DNA from: Felis catus
Taxonomy: Eukaryota
Reading direction: 5' to 3'
DNA length: 64,000 bases
NCBI RefSeq assembly: GCF_018350175.1
Contig: NC_058369.1
Location: 26,476,001 to 26,540,000, forward strand
Part shown: positions 48,211 to 58,657 of the stretch, in pieces
Position numbering within the stretch: the first letter of the stretch is position 1
How the letters are laid out: each line of letters starts with the position of its first letter
Translations under genes and position numbers: made by a program
The notes under the pieces: generated by a model
The model's input: only the letters and a program-made list of their open reading frames with translations
Database searches by the model: none
What the model was told of the DNA's origin: nothing

Positions 48211-49904
48211 ACATTGTTCATCCCTGAGGAGTTTTAGGGCAAGTATTTCTGAAGGATTTGTTTCCTGTAGTGACGTAGATGGACCTGGGATTCCAATCCT
48301 TAATCGGAAGCTTTTTAGGCGCCTGACTTTGGACAAGTCCCTTGGCCTCTCTGAGCCTCATTTTCCTCATGTGTAAAAGAGGTAACAATGGTCCCCACCA
48401 CATAGGGCTGTGAGGATGAAATGAGGTAATTCATATAAACCTCTGCACAGAGCCTACAGCAGCAATTCCTATAGAGGTTGGGTGCTGCTCTTATGCTGCT
48501 ATTAGTGTAATAGTAAATTCACTGCCCATTGGTAAATCCCAGGCATCCTGTCCATTAAGCGGAGCGCCTTTCGCCAGACAGGGTGGGCAGAGGTAACCTT
48601 GCTGCTCTTCCCCTTTCTGTCTTGGTCTGCCACCTGCTGGTGAGGACCAGAATTACAGCTGCTGGAAAGCTCTCCCCCTTACCTCCCCTTACTTTCCCCC
48701 TCCTCAGTCTTGGGAGAGAGGAGTGGCGTCTAGGTGGGGAGAGGGTAAGGAGATATGAGCCCCAAATTCTGAGGCCACGAGAAGCTTGCAGAGATTCCTA
48801 AAGGATTGTCCACCGCAATGATGAGAAAAATCAGTTCTCATGTCTTACCCGTTTCACTTCGCGAATAACTGCGACTGGTCCCCTTTGTTCCATCCCTGTG
48901 CATCTCCTGGTCCAGGCCACCTCTTGGGATGACACAGCAGCCTCTTCACCCTGGCCTCGCTTTCTCCACTGCCTTCTCCTTACGGCAGCCAGGAGGAATT
49001 CTCAAAAAACTGCAGATCTGGTCGTGTCATTCCCCAGCTTCAATCTCTCAGTGTGTCTGCACAGCCCCTGGACAAAGTCCTAGCCCCGTCCCCCAGCCCA
49101 CAAGGCCCTTAAGGCTGTCACCCCTGCCTGCTCAGCCCTTGTTATTCATCTCTTCCCCTCCCAGGCCTCTCCAGCTTGCAGGCCTTGTTCATGCTGCTCC
49201 CCTGGCCTGGCCTCCTTCCCCTCTTTGCCTGGGGAACTCCTGCAAACTCCCAAGGCTCAGTGTGGATGCCGCTTCCTCCAGGAGACCTTCCTTGATCCCA
49301 CAGTCTTTCCCAGCATAGCCCTTATCAAGTCATATTGCCTTTTGATCTGGGTTCCCCACGGGGACTCTGAGCAGGGACTGTGTCTGGTCTTCTTCACTGT
49401 GGTATCCCCCGTGCCTACCCAGTCCTTGATGCATAGTGGGTGAGTAATGACTGATTCAACTCTCTCCAGCCATTTTCTTGGACTCTCTGTCTTGCCCCAA
49501 TCCTGAGCTGACCTGGAGGTCCCTGTAGTGGCCACAATGCCCTGGCAATGATGTTGAGAACCTCATGGGTGTTTGGCATTTTGTGAAGCCCACCCCAGGG
49601 GACCCTAGGGGGGCTGGTTCTAGAATGCCATCTCCTTGGTGGGTTTTGGTGGTACACCTGATGGTCATCTGGGCTCCCTTTCATCATTTGGAGGATGTGC
49701 CAGCAGAGACCTGCCCCTGGTTGAGGAGGAGGGGAGGCGGGAGGGGGCATGTCCCATAGTCTCAGCCTCACATTCCCCAGCATGCAACAGCACATACCCT
49801 TTATTCATGGAGACCTGACCCTGTGGGTGACAATTCCTACATGCTGGGTGTCTTGTCTCCTAGCCCAGGCCCAGGCTCAGTCCCATCCAGTTGGCCTTGG
49901 CCGC

Positions 49905-50590
49905 TGCCTCTCTTGGGGTGGCTCCCCCAGAAGCCGACTTTGGGGTGAGGATTCTCATGCAGATGATTTAAAATTTTTTTAAATGTTTATTTATTTTTGA
50001 GAGAGAGAGACAGAGAGACAGAGACAGAGAGAGGCAGAGAGTGAGCAGGGAGAGGGCAGATAGAGAGGGAGACACAGAATCTGAAGCAGACTCCAGGCTC
50101 TGAGCTGTCGGCACAGAGCCTGATATGGGGCTCGAACTCAGGAGCATGAGATCATGACCTGAGCCAAAGTCGAATGCTTAACTGACTGAGCCACTCAGGC
50201 ACCCTGCAGGTAATTTATTAAGGATGGGCTCCTGGGGGACACACGTAGGGGAGTGGAGGAGCAGGACAGGAAAGGGGAAACAACCAAGCAAAGGGACACT
50301 TTCAGGCCAAGTTCCAGCTTTGGTTTGATCCCATGGGGAGCCCTGGACTGTAAATTGCACCTCATGGTTGTCCTGCTGCAAGACAGGGAGCTGGGCTTTC
50401 TGGTTCCCAGCCAGGCGGTCAGGAGCTGTGGACCATCCTGTAGTGATGTAAACTCCCACACTTGCTGGCCTCTCTTTTTTGCCCCAGTGAGCAGAGGAGG
50501 TATGAATAGCCTGAGGGCAGTTCTCCAAGAGGAGTGAAGACTGGTCGAGGGGACCTGGGTGGGGCACCAGCCATTCCAGTGTGCTGCCTT
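49905..50590. mobile_element. ERVL LTR (LTR16-like) interrupted by a SINE
   Basis: ccccagaagccgact..gcaggtaatttattaagg..gcaggacaggaaagggg..ccaagcaaaggg..gatcccatggggagccctgga. Similar to 26340-26780. Confidence 0.65.
49974..50204 (-). mobile_element. CAN-SINE, TSD tgcag(a/g)t(g/a)attta
   Basis: Reverse-complement canonical SINE. Confidence 0.93.
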
Positions 50591-50743
50591 TCCAAGCTCC
50601 CCCTCTCCAGGAGACGCTGTCCCCAGTTCTCTGAGTCATCTCATTGACGCTTTCTCAATCTTCTTTAAAGTGCTGTGCGAGACAGCTTTTAGAAGAGTGC
50701 CACGAATCTTCTCTCACAACCAGGTGGCCATCCCATGTCCTTT

Positions 50744-50977
50744 CATTTTTTTATTTTTATTTTTTAAAGTTTGTTTATTTATTTTGAGAGAGAGAGAGAG
50801 AGAGAACACAAGCCAGAGAGGAACAGATTGAGAGGCAGAGAGAGAGAGAGAATCCCAAGCAGGCTCTGAGCTGCCAGCACAGAGCCTGATACAGGGTCTG
50901 AACCCACGAACTGTGAGATTGTGACCTGAGCTGAAGTCAAAACTCGGCCCCTTAACCGACTGAACCACCCACGCACC
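50744..50977 (-). mobile_element. CAN-SINE (older, diverged), TSD tcccatgtccttt
   Basis: Reverse-complement SINE between TSD copies at 50731 and 50978. Confidence 0.93.
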
Positions 50978-50990
50978 TCCCATGTCCTTT

Positions 50991-51227
50991 TATTTTATTT
51001 TTTTTTTAAATATTTTTTTTCAACGTTTATTTATTTTTGGGACAGAGAGAGACAGAGCATGAACGGGGGAGGGGCAGAGAGAGAGAGAGGGAGACACAGA
51101 ACTGGAAACAGGCTCCAGGCTCCGAGCCATCAGCCCAGAGCCTGACGCGGGGCTCGAACTCACGGACCGCGAGATCGTGACCTGGCTGAAGTCGGACGCT
51201 TAACCGACTGCGCCACCCAGGCGCCCC
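50991..51227 (-). mobile_element. Young felid CAN-SINE (SINEC_Fc-like), TSD tcccatgtccttt
   Basis: CpG-rich and near consensus (ggggcgcctgggtggcgcagtcggttaagcgtccgacttcagccaggtcacgatctcgcggtccgtgag on minus). Confidence 0.95.
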
Positions 51228-51304
51228 TCCCATGTCCTTTTAAAATAGGGACCACTGCTAAGAGCTCTGCCTAGCCCTAGCCATGGACTTACTTTAGAAG
51301 TCCT

Positions 51305-51508
51305 GGGGTGCCTGGGTGGCTCAGTCGGTTCAGTGGCCGACTTCGGCTCAGGTCATGATTTCATGAGTTCGAGCCCCGCGTCGGGCTCTGTGCTGACAGC
51401 TCAGAGCCTGGAGCCTGTTTCAGATTCTGTGTCTCCCTCTCTCTGACCCTCCCCCATTCATGCTCTGTCTCTCTCTGTCTCAAAAATAAATAAACGTTAA
51501 AAAAAAAA
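51305..51508 (+). mobile_element. CAN-SINE with TSD agaagtcct
   Basis: Canonical structure and a direct repeat. Confidence 0.95.
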
Positions 51509-51533
51509 GAAGTCCTTATTGTTTTTTTTAAAT

Positions 51534-51747
51534 AAAATTTTTTTTTAATGTTTTTATTTATTTTTGAGACAGAGAGAGACAGAACAGGAGAAGGGGAGGG
51601 GCAGAGAGAGGGAGACACAGAATCTGAAGCAGTTCCAGGCTCTGAGCTGTCAGCACAGAGCCTGATGCGGGGCTTGAACTCATGGACATGAGATCATGAC
51701 CTGAGCTGAAGTCAGATGCTTAACCACCTGAGCCACCCAGGTGCCCC
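51534..51747 (-). mobile_element. CAN-SINE with TSD tgttttttt(t)aaat
   Basis: Reverse-complement canonical SINE. Confidence 0.95.
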
Positions 51748-52064
51748 TGTTTTTTTAAATTTTATAAAGTATTCTGAGAAGTGAGTCAGCTAAGTGAAGA
51801 GGAGTGGTGCGGTCAGGGTCCAGGGCCTGCAGAAAACCCCCATTCAGCTGGCCTCAGTCAGTCCTGGGGATGTGGAAGGAAGGGCTACTGGGTTCAGCGG
51901 GAGCCCTTTGTTAGCACTGACTGTCAGGTGTGAACAGAAGGCCCTGCCACGTGGAACAAAATGGGAGGAGTGGAGCACATCCAAGCTGCCAGGCATTCTC
52001 CACCATGCACATGTAAGGAAAGGTCTGCAGAAGAGTCAGTTGGTGGCGGGGGGGGTGGGTAGGG

Positions 52065-52266
52065 GGGGCACCTGGGTCACTCAGTTGGCTGTGCATCTGG
52101 CTCTTGACTGTGGCTCAGGTCACGATCTCCAGGTTTGTGAGTTTGAGCCCTGCCTTGGGCTCTGTGCTGACAGCACAGAGCCTGCTTGGGATTCTCTCTC
52201 TCCCTCTCTCTCTGCCCCTCCACTGCTCATGCTCCCTCTCTCAAATAAACTTAGAAGAAAAAAAAA
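52065..52266 (+). mobile_element. CAN-SINE
   Basis: Head, CT tract, A tail. Confidence 0.9.
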
Positions 52267-52859
52267 GAGTTAGGTGGGGCCACCAGCAAACTCCCCCTTT
52301 AATCCCTGAGAGTGATCTGCACTGGGAAAAATGGGGGAATGGGATCGTGTGGTGGGGGTGGGGGGAGCAGTGCCTGGCTGGGTCCCCTCTTCTGACTTCT
52401 TCAGCCAAGCCTGCTCAAAGTTGTCCTCTCAGGCTTTGAGCACCGATCTTCACCCTACTGGGACTGCAGCCCAAGTCCCAGCCACCATGGCTCCTGGCAG
52501 AAGGTTCCCACACTCTGTCCCCTCCACCCCAGGCCCTCTTGGCACATTTGAAGCCCTGCTAACCCCATGGCCCCGCACCACTGGTTTACACGGGACTTGA
52601 GCTGCTGCTGGTCTGCTGCATAGGGTGTTCGCACCTCTCCGTAGGTTTTGCAGCCTCTCCAGTTCACGCTCCAGGAGCCCGGGTACCAGTGCTTTCTGCT
52701 CCCATGACCCCCGCCCAGGATCTGGTCTAGGCACTCCCTGCTTGGCCCTTCTCAGAGACCGCAGGCAGGGTCTTTGTACATGTCCCTTGGGCCTTACCAC
52801 CTCAGGGGGCTCCAGTGGCTGGTATCAATGCCTCTGGGCTAAGGACTCTCTGCAGAGCC

Positions 52860-53200
52860 ACAGATGGCCACTCTGTCCTCTGTAGGGTGGACAAAAAGTG
52901 CTCAGGAATTCGCATCAGCCCCAACACTAGCAGCACCCTCCCTAGCAGTGACTGACAGGACTGATGCAGACGCATCTCAACCTCGCCCTGGCTGAGAGAT
53001 CTCTGGTGTGTGTATTCTACACGGATTCCCGGGGATCCTTGTGGGACTGAGCTCCACTTACCCACAGCTGTAGCAGAGCCAATAACACACCCTTTACTGG
53101 CTACCTTCCTCCCCTGTCTTACTTCCACACCCCCATTGGTGTTTTCTAGAATCACTTCCCAAGTAAGTCTCAGGGGCTGCTTCTGCAGAACCACTCAGAA
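52860..53200. mobile_element. ERVL LTR fragment (LTR16-like, opposite orientation to 49905-50590)
   Basis: agcagagccaataacacaccctttactggctaccttcctcccctgtcttacttcc..tcacttcccaagtaa..tctcaggggctgcttct. Confidence 0.55.
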
Positions 53201-53539
53201 ACAGCCAGAAGGTCTTTCCTGCAGCCTGCCTCTTCCTCCCAGTCTTCCTTAGGAACCCCCCCTCCCCCGCCCCTGCCCGCCCGGCTCAGGCTCTGGATTC
53301 TCCATCTCTCATTCCAGCAGCAGATCAAGGCAACATGTTCTGTGTCCTCCTCTGGCTCTCTCTAGTCCTGTGGGTTTTACAGCTTAAGCTGAGAGCAAAG
53401 GATTCATTTACCCTTCAGCAAAATCTCTATGAAACCAACCTCCTTTCCAGCTGCCTAACCTGGTGCCCGAGGCTGTCATCGACCTGTCCCAGCTTGTGGC
53501 CCAAGCAAACCCGGCCTGGGCCAGTTTGATCTCAGGGAG

Positions 53540-53871
53540 AAACACTGCACATCGGAAGGTCAGAACGTTCATTCAAAGTCAGCAAAAATAAAATGTAATT
53601 GTGCGCCGCAGGTATGGGCAGTCTGTCCTTCCTCGGGAGTGACAGCCCTCCTGTTCTCTCCAGAGCAGACGGGCTCTGGAAGGATCCCTGAGTCTGGCCA
53701 CCTTGGGTGAGCCGCCTCAGCCCATGAGAGGGGTCTGCTTCCAAACAGGGGAGGTGCACAGTGCATGGGGACTCCCCCAGCACTTTCCACAGGCCTCTTG
53801 GCCCCCTTTTCATCGCTGCAGTCAGCTCTGACTCCTAGAGTAGCCAGAAGCTTCTTTGGTCCACAGCTACC
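53540..53871 (-). other. FAM3D: FAM3D 3' UTR (3' end approximate)
   Basis: Follows the stop codon. U-rich stretch, then variant signal AATGAA (53573-53568), then a GT-rich element (gtgcagtgtttc) downstream. Confidence 0.5.
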
Positions 53872-53961
53872 CTACGGTATCTTCCGGGGAACACAGCCTT
53901 CCAGCTCCAGCAGCTCCGGCCAGCCCTCGTATTTGTTTGTGTTTGGGTTGTTCTTTAAGAA
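53872..53961 (-). CDS. FAM3D: FAM3D last coding exon, 90 nt: FLKNNPNTNKYEGWPELLELEGCVPRKIP*
   Basis: Acceptor (tc)n-tag|TTCTTAAAG. Contains the C-terminal FAM3 motif NKYEGWPE..EGC.P. TAG stop at 53874-53872. Confidence 0.97.
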   Translation of the reverse strand, partial: FLKNNPNTNKYEGWPELLELEGCVPRKIP

Positions 53962-53962
53962 C

Positions 53963-53963
<1 letters not shown>

Positions 53964-54004
<41 letters not shown>
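53964..54004. repeat. (GA)n microsatellite forming the polypyrimidine tract of the FAM3D last-exon acceptor
   Basis: Seen directly. Abuts the acceptor AG at 53963-53962. Confidence 0.95.
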
Positions 54005-54005
<1 letters not shown>

Positions 54006-56434
54006 GTGGCCCACAGGGGAGGCTGTTCAGAATTCACACCTGAATTGTCATTGTGCTTTTAAACCTCATGCCTTCACTGACTTTGTTCTGGCTTTGGCCC
54101 CATGGGGAGGTGGTGGTGTTGGATATAACCAGCCCATTTCATAGGAGGGGAAACTGAGGCTCAGAGGGACTACAACTTGCCCAAGGTTTTACAGAGGGGA
54201 TCAGAGCTCAGTCATCCCTCAGTGCCTTGGGGGTGGGGGGCGGCGGGGAGCACCAAGCGTGGGAGGTGGGCTTGCCGAGCATTAGCTCCTCTGCCAAATT
54301 CTCTATCAGCCCCTCTAGGACACCCCCAGACAACCAGAACAATGAGAAGAAGCATCCTAGCAATTCGTGAACACTTGTCCTATGCCAGGCACAAAGTACC
54401 TTATGTTTTTATTCCTTATGGTAGCCCCAGGAAGGGCATACCATTATCATCCCATTCTATAGATGGGGAGCCTGAGGCACAGAGGCCCAAAGTAACTGCC
54501 TGTGGCCACTTAGTTGGTAAGTGGCAGAACCACTTTGTAATATTAATTAAAAGTAAATAGACTAAAATCAGTTAAGATTGTGTTTAAAGTGCCTGGGCTT
54601 AGTTTACGGAAGAAACGAACGTAAGTGGCAAAGTCTACCAGTGGGATAATCGTGGCTCACCCTAGGGAATAAAGTCATTCTAGATGCTGCTTCTCTAACG
54701 CCCAGCACCCCGTGTGTGGGAACAAAGGACTGGGTGGTTTCGATCACATTGTGGCCTCCGATTCATTTCTGGGTGATGGGTCGACTTGCGTGCTTCTTCT
54801 TTGCTGTCTTGGCCCGGTTTTGATGGGTTTGGAAGCTGGGCTTTATGAAGAACCGCGCCTGTGGCCTGAAGCCTCTTCCCTGCCTCCCGCCCTGCCCCCT
54901 CCCTGCACCTCACACAGGGATGCGCTGGAGCCCCCGCCCGATGTCTGTGGCCTTCACCCGGAGGCTCCCTCCTTTTCTCCTCCAGCACAAGCTACTTTGT
55001 ATAGTCATTTTTAAAAAGTAATTTCTAACGACCTGAATTCATTCTCTTAGAAACTCACGCATACAAACAAGGCCAGCATTTTCTAGACAGGGCAAAAACC
55101 GTTGCAACCGATTGTGGTCCCCCCCAACCTGGAGTTCAGCCTCCTGACGCTGTCCCTCCCTGCCACCCATGGCCCCTTCCCTGCAGGCTGCTGTGCCTCT
55201 TGTCTGATTGCTGCCTGGGCCTCCTCCCTGCCTTCTCCACATTTCTCCGTGCTCAGCCGGGGAGGCTGTGCTAAAAGCATCAGGACGAGAAATCTTTGTG
55301 GAGGCAGGCTGACCTGATGACAGCTGCATCTGCATCGCTGAGTAGCTCAGACCTGAGCAAGCTGGTTAAAACCTCTCCATGCCTCCGGATCCTGGACTGT
55401 GAGATGGGAGGATAATTGTACCTGCTTCATGTGGGAATCAAAGAAGGCGCTGCAGGTAGCTTGCTCAGCCGAGCCTGCACAGAGCAAGTGCTTGCTGAAT
55501 GCTAGCTAGTCTTTCTTATATATCAGTCTGTGCTTGTCCCTTTCCTGCTTAAGCCTTCCATGGCTCCCCACTGCCTTCGGGATAGAATTCACGCACCTCA
55601 CTAGACCTTTATGCCCGAATCATCGACTCTTAGCTGCCTTCTGGGCAGAACTGAATGTTGTCACCTCCAAAGATGGGGCTACTTCATGCTCGGGGAAGAT
55701 CTGGCTAGTTCTCCCACATTTTGGAACTGCTCTGAGCTGGGGACGCACAGATGGGGGACAGGGAGAGAAGGTGCAGCATTTCCCTGCGGGTTCCCAATGC
55801 TGCCTTAACTCCCCTTTCCTCCTCTGAGCATTCCTGAGACTCCACTGCTGGGGGGCCTCCCAGACCCTGCTTGGGGACACCCCTGGGTAGTGACCGTGGA
55901 GCCACATGTCATGGACCCCTGCTGACCCCTTCCATATCAGGTGGGCTCTCCTGTGTCCTCCTCTTGATGCAAGTTTACTCTCTCCACAGGGAGCTTAGAA
56001 GGGGCAGCTCCTCTGGTCCAAACCTCTCTCTTCAGGTGGGGAGCCTGAGCCCTTGTGGGGAAAAGGGGTGTGGCTTAGGTTTCCATTGGGACCAGAAGCT
56101 AGGCATCCCCCCTTCGCTGGGCTTCCCTCTCTGCCTGTCATGCAGGCTTCATCTCTACATTCCTTTCTCTTTTTTTCCATGCTCTCTTGCCTTCATCCTT
56201 CTTTTCTCCTTTTCCTTCTCTTTTTTGGTACTTATCTGATAATTTATTATGACCCACCTCCTTGCAAAATAGTCAAGGCCACTTCCTGCTGGGGGATTAC
56301 CCAGTCAGGCCACCCTGACCTCTAGGGGTCCCCACACCATTCTTCCAAGCCACCCCAGTCCTTGTCCATCTATCCCTGGCAACTTCCCTCCACCCCACCC
56401 ACTTCACTGGGATGGGATGCCACCAGGAACCCAC

Positions 56435-56561
56435 CTGCTCAAAGGGGCTTTTGTCCTTGAGGTCTTTGGCTCCTAAAAAGACCCAGCTATCTCTGAAGCC
56501 CAGCTGCTTTGCATAAGAACTGCCCAGGCTGGAGAGGAGCTTCCTGGTCTCATCATTCAGT
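56435..56561 (-). CDS. FAM3D: FAM3D coding exon, 127 nt: (R)LNDETRKLLSSLGSSYAKQLGFRDSWVFLGAKDLKDKSPFEQ
   Basis: Splice sites ctctgcag|ACTG...GAGCAG|gtgggt. LGFRDSWVF-GAK FAM3 motif. Phase 2-0. Missed by the ORF track. Confidence 0.97.
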
Positions 56562-56987
56562 CTGCAGAGGAGCAGAGAACACGGTGAGGTGGAGGGGTGG
56601 GGGAAGGGTCAAGTTCTCAGGCCCTTGGCCTACAAGCAGAGTTGTGTTCAGGAAGAACAGGGCTGAGTGGCAGGGACTTCTCTCAAGAAGCCACTTGGAG
56701 GGGGCTGGAGAGGTGTTAGTACAATTTTGCTTCTGTTTACAAATATGCATGTTTATTTGGAAAATATGGAACATCACAGAGGAACTAAAAATTAGAGTCT
56801 CACCCCGCTTGACATAATCATTATAAAATTTTAATATATTTCCTTCATGTCTTTTTTTCCCACAGGTACTGTGGGATCATACCAATGCTTTTACAAACTG
56901 CTTCTTTTTTTCCTCTTAATGCTAAAAGGTGAGCATTCTTCCATATCCTTAAATTATTTTCTATATCATTTTTGATGCAATATATCC

Positions 56988-56998
56988 ATATATATATA

Positions 56999-57040
<42 letters not shown>
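56988..57040. repeat. Compound (TA)n(TG)n(TA)n microsatellite within an old L1 fragment
   Basis: Seen directly. Confidence 0.9.
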
Positions 57041-57044
<4 letters not shown>

Positions 57045-57289
57045 GTCACCTACCAGCATGTGTCCTAATTTCTATAACTAGTAGGTCTTTATTGGACAGG
57101 GACAGTGTGTCCAGTTTTTTACTGTTGTAACCAAGGCTGTGATGGGCCTCCTAGAACATGTACACTTGTCTGGTTATTTCCCTAGGAAAAGTTGCCAGAA
57201 GATAGAGCCAGCAGGAGAGTGGGAAAAGGCACTTAGGGCTTGGAAGCATTTGGTTTGCCATGGCCTGGCAGGTGGAGGTTCCCACTTAC

Positions 57290-57374
57290 CTGGTTCCTGG
57301 GTCGTCATAGGAGGCCACCAGCACGAGTGTGCCCTCTGGAATTTCTTTAAGGAATTTCACCAGCAGCTTCACTT
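57290..57374 (-). CDS. FAM3D: FAM3D coding exon, 85 nt: (E)VKLLVKFLKEIPEGTLVLVASYDDPGT(R)
   Basis: Splice sites ctcccgcag|AAGTG...ACCAG|gtaagt. LVLVASYDDPGT is characteristic of FAM3D. Phase 1-2. Confidence 0.97.
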
Positions 57375-58349
57375 CTGCGGGAGGAAGGAAAGCAGGGTGC
57401 TGGTCATTTAGGGGAAGTGGCCACTGGTCATTCTCATTCTCTGCTACTGCTCTGATGAACCAGGAGTGGCCAGCGGCAGGCTGACACTGAGCTCCGTCTG
57501 AAGCTCTGGGGCCGGTAGGATGGCATCCGGGGTGGAGCTGTCTGCAGCCCTTGTCCAGGGGAGAGCAACGTGCACAGAGCAAGGGTAGCCTCATTCAGGT
57601 GGTTAAGCGTGGACATTGGAATTTGAAAATTCCACAGGCAATTCAGATGTGCAGCCATAAGTGAGAGACATTGCCCTAAGGGCCCTTGGGGACCTACACC
57701 CAAGGTATGGAGGTCTTTGGCCCCTAAGAAATCATCTCTCAACATCTCTGGGCTCTTTGCATACCCTCCACCACCTCCTTCTACACTAGTTAACAACCTA
57801 ACTTGTCTGTCCTGACTTTAGAGGATAGACCCACTGGACCACAGGCAACTCAGGTCACTGAGAGAGAACATTAGTGTCCTACAGATCCCCAGCTTACACC
57901 AAAGAGCAAGCTCCCTTTGCATCTTGAACACCGCACTGCAGGTGCAAAATCTGTGCATTTAACAGAGACAGGCCTAGCTGCAGCACGTTGGGGAGGGATC
58001 AGCACCCAGCTGGAGCTTATCTTTATGGCCATCTTTGCTGCATAAAAAGTGATAACTTATGGCAGCGATATAGGTTCCTTTTTAAGATTATTTAGGTTAA
58101 AAAAGTGAGCTGATTCAAAGGAAAATACTAATAATTCAGACGGTACCCTGGACATGGCATAAAGTATGCAAGGGGCTCTTGAATGGCTGAAGAAGTATGG
58201 GCAAGACTGGCCTAGTGGGAAAATCAGGGCTGTATCTGTCACACGAGGATGATCAGTAGCACTGCCCAGAGAATTTTTGTAAAGAGCAAATGTGACGATG
58301 ACTCTCGGGCATACAGAAAGTGCACTATAATGGAACTGCAATTCTTAGC

Positions 58350-58657
58350 AGCATCTGTAACATAATTTTGGGGGCCCGGTGCAAAACGAAAATGTGGAGC
58401 CTTTTGGGGCACCAAGCTGGCTCAGTCGGTAGAGCATGTGACTCTTGATCTCTGGGTTGTGAGTTTGAGCCCTACGCTGGGCATAGAGATTACTGAAAAA
58501 TAAAATCTTAAAAAAGACAAGGAGACTTTCGTTAAAAAAATATTAAGAATTTCAAGATGGCAAAACTAGAGCATCAAACCAAACCCGAATTCGCTCTAAG
58601 CACAGGGCCCTGTATGGCCACTCCACCCATAGGTCCATGCCCATGAAGACAAGCCAG
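58350..58657. mobile_element. MER45A-like hAT-Tip100 element interrupted by a short SINE
   Basis: acataattttgggggcccggtgcaaaacgaaaatgtgg...tattaagaatttcaagatggc..tagagcatcaaaccaa..tctaagcacagggccctgt..gcccatgaag. Confidence 0.7.
58405..58515 (+). mobile_element. Short carnivore tRNA-derived SINE
   Basis: ggggcaccaagctggctcagtcggtagagcatgtgactcttgatc..tagagattactgaaaaataaaatctta. Confidence 0.85.

Noticed and set aside
48010..48237. ORF with an Arg/Lys-rich, protamine- or NLS-like stretch
   Set aside because: Translation of the (GGA)n polypurine tract.
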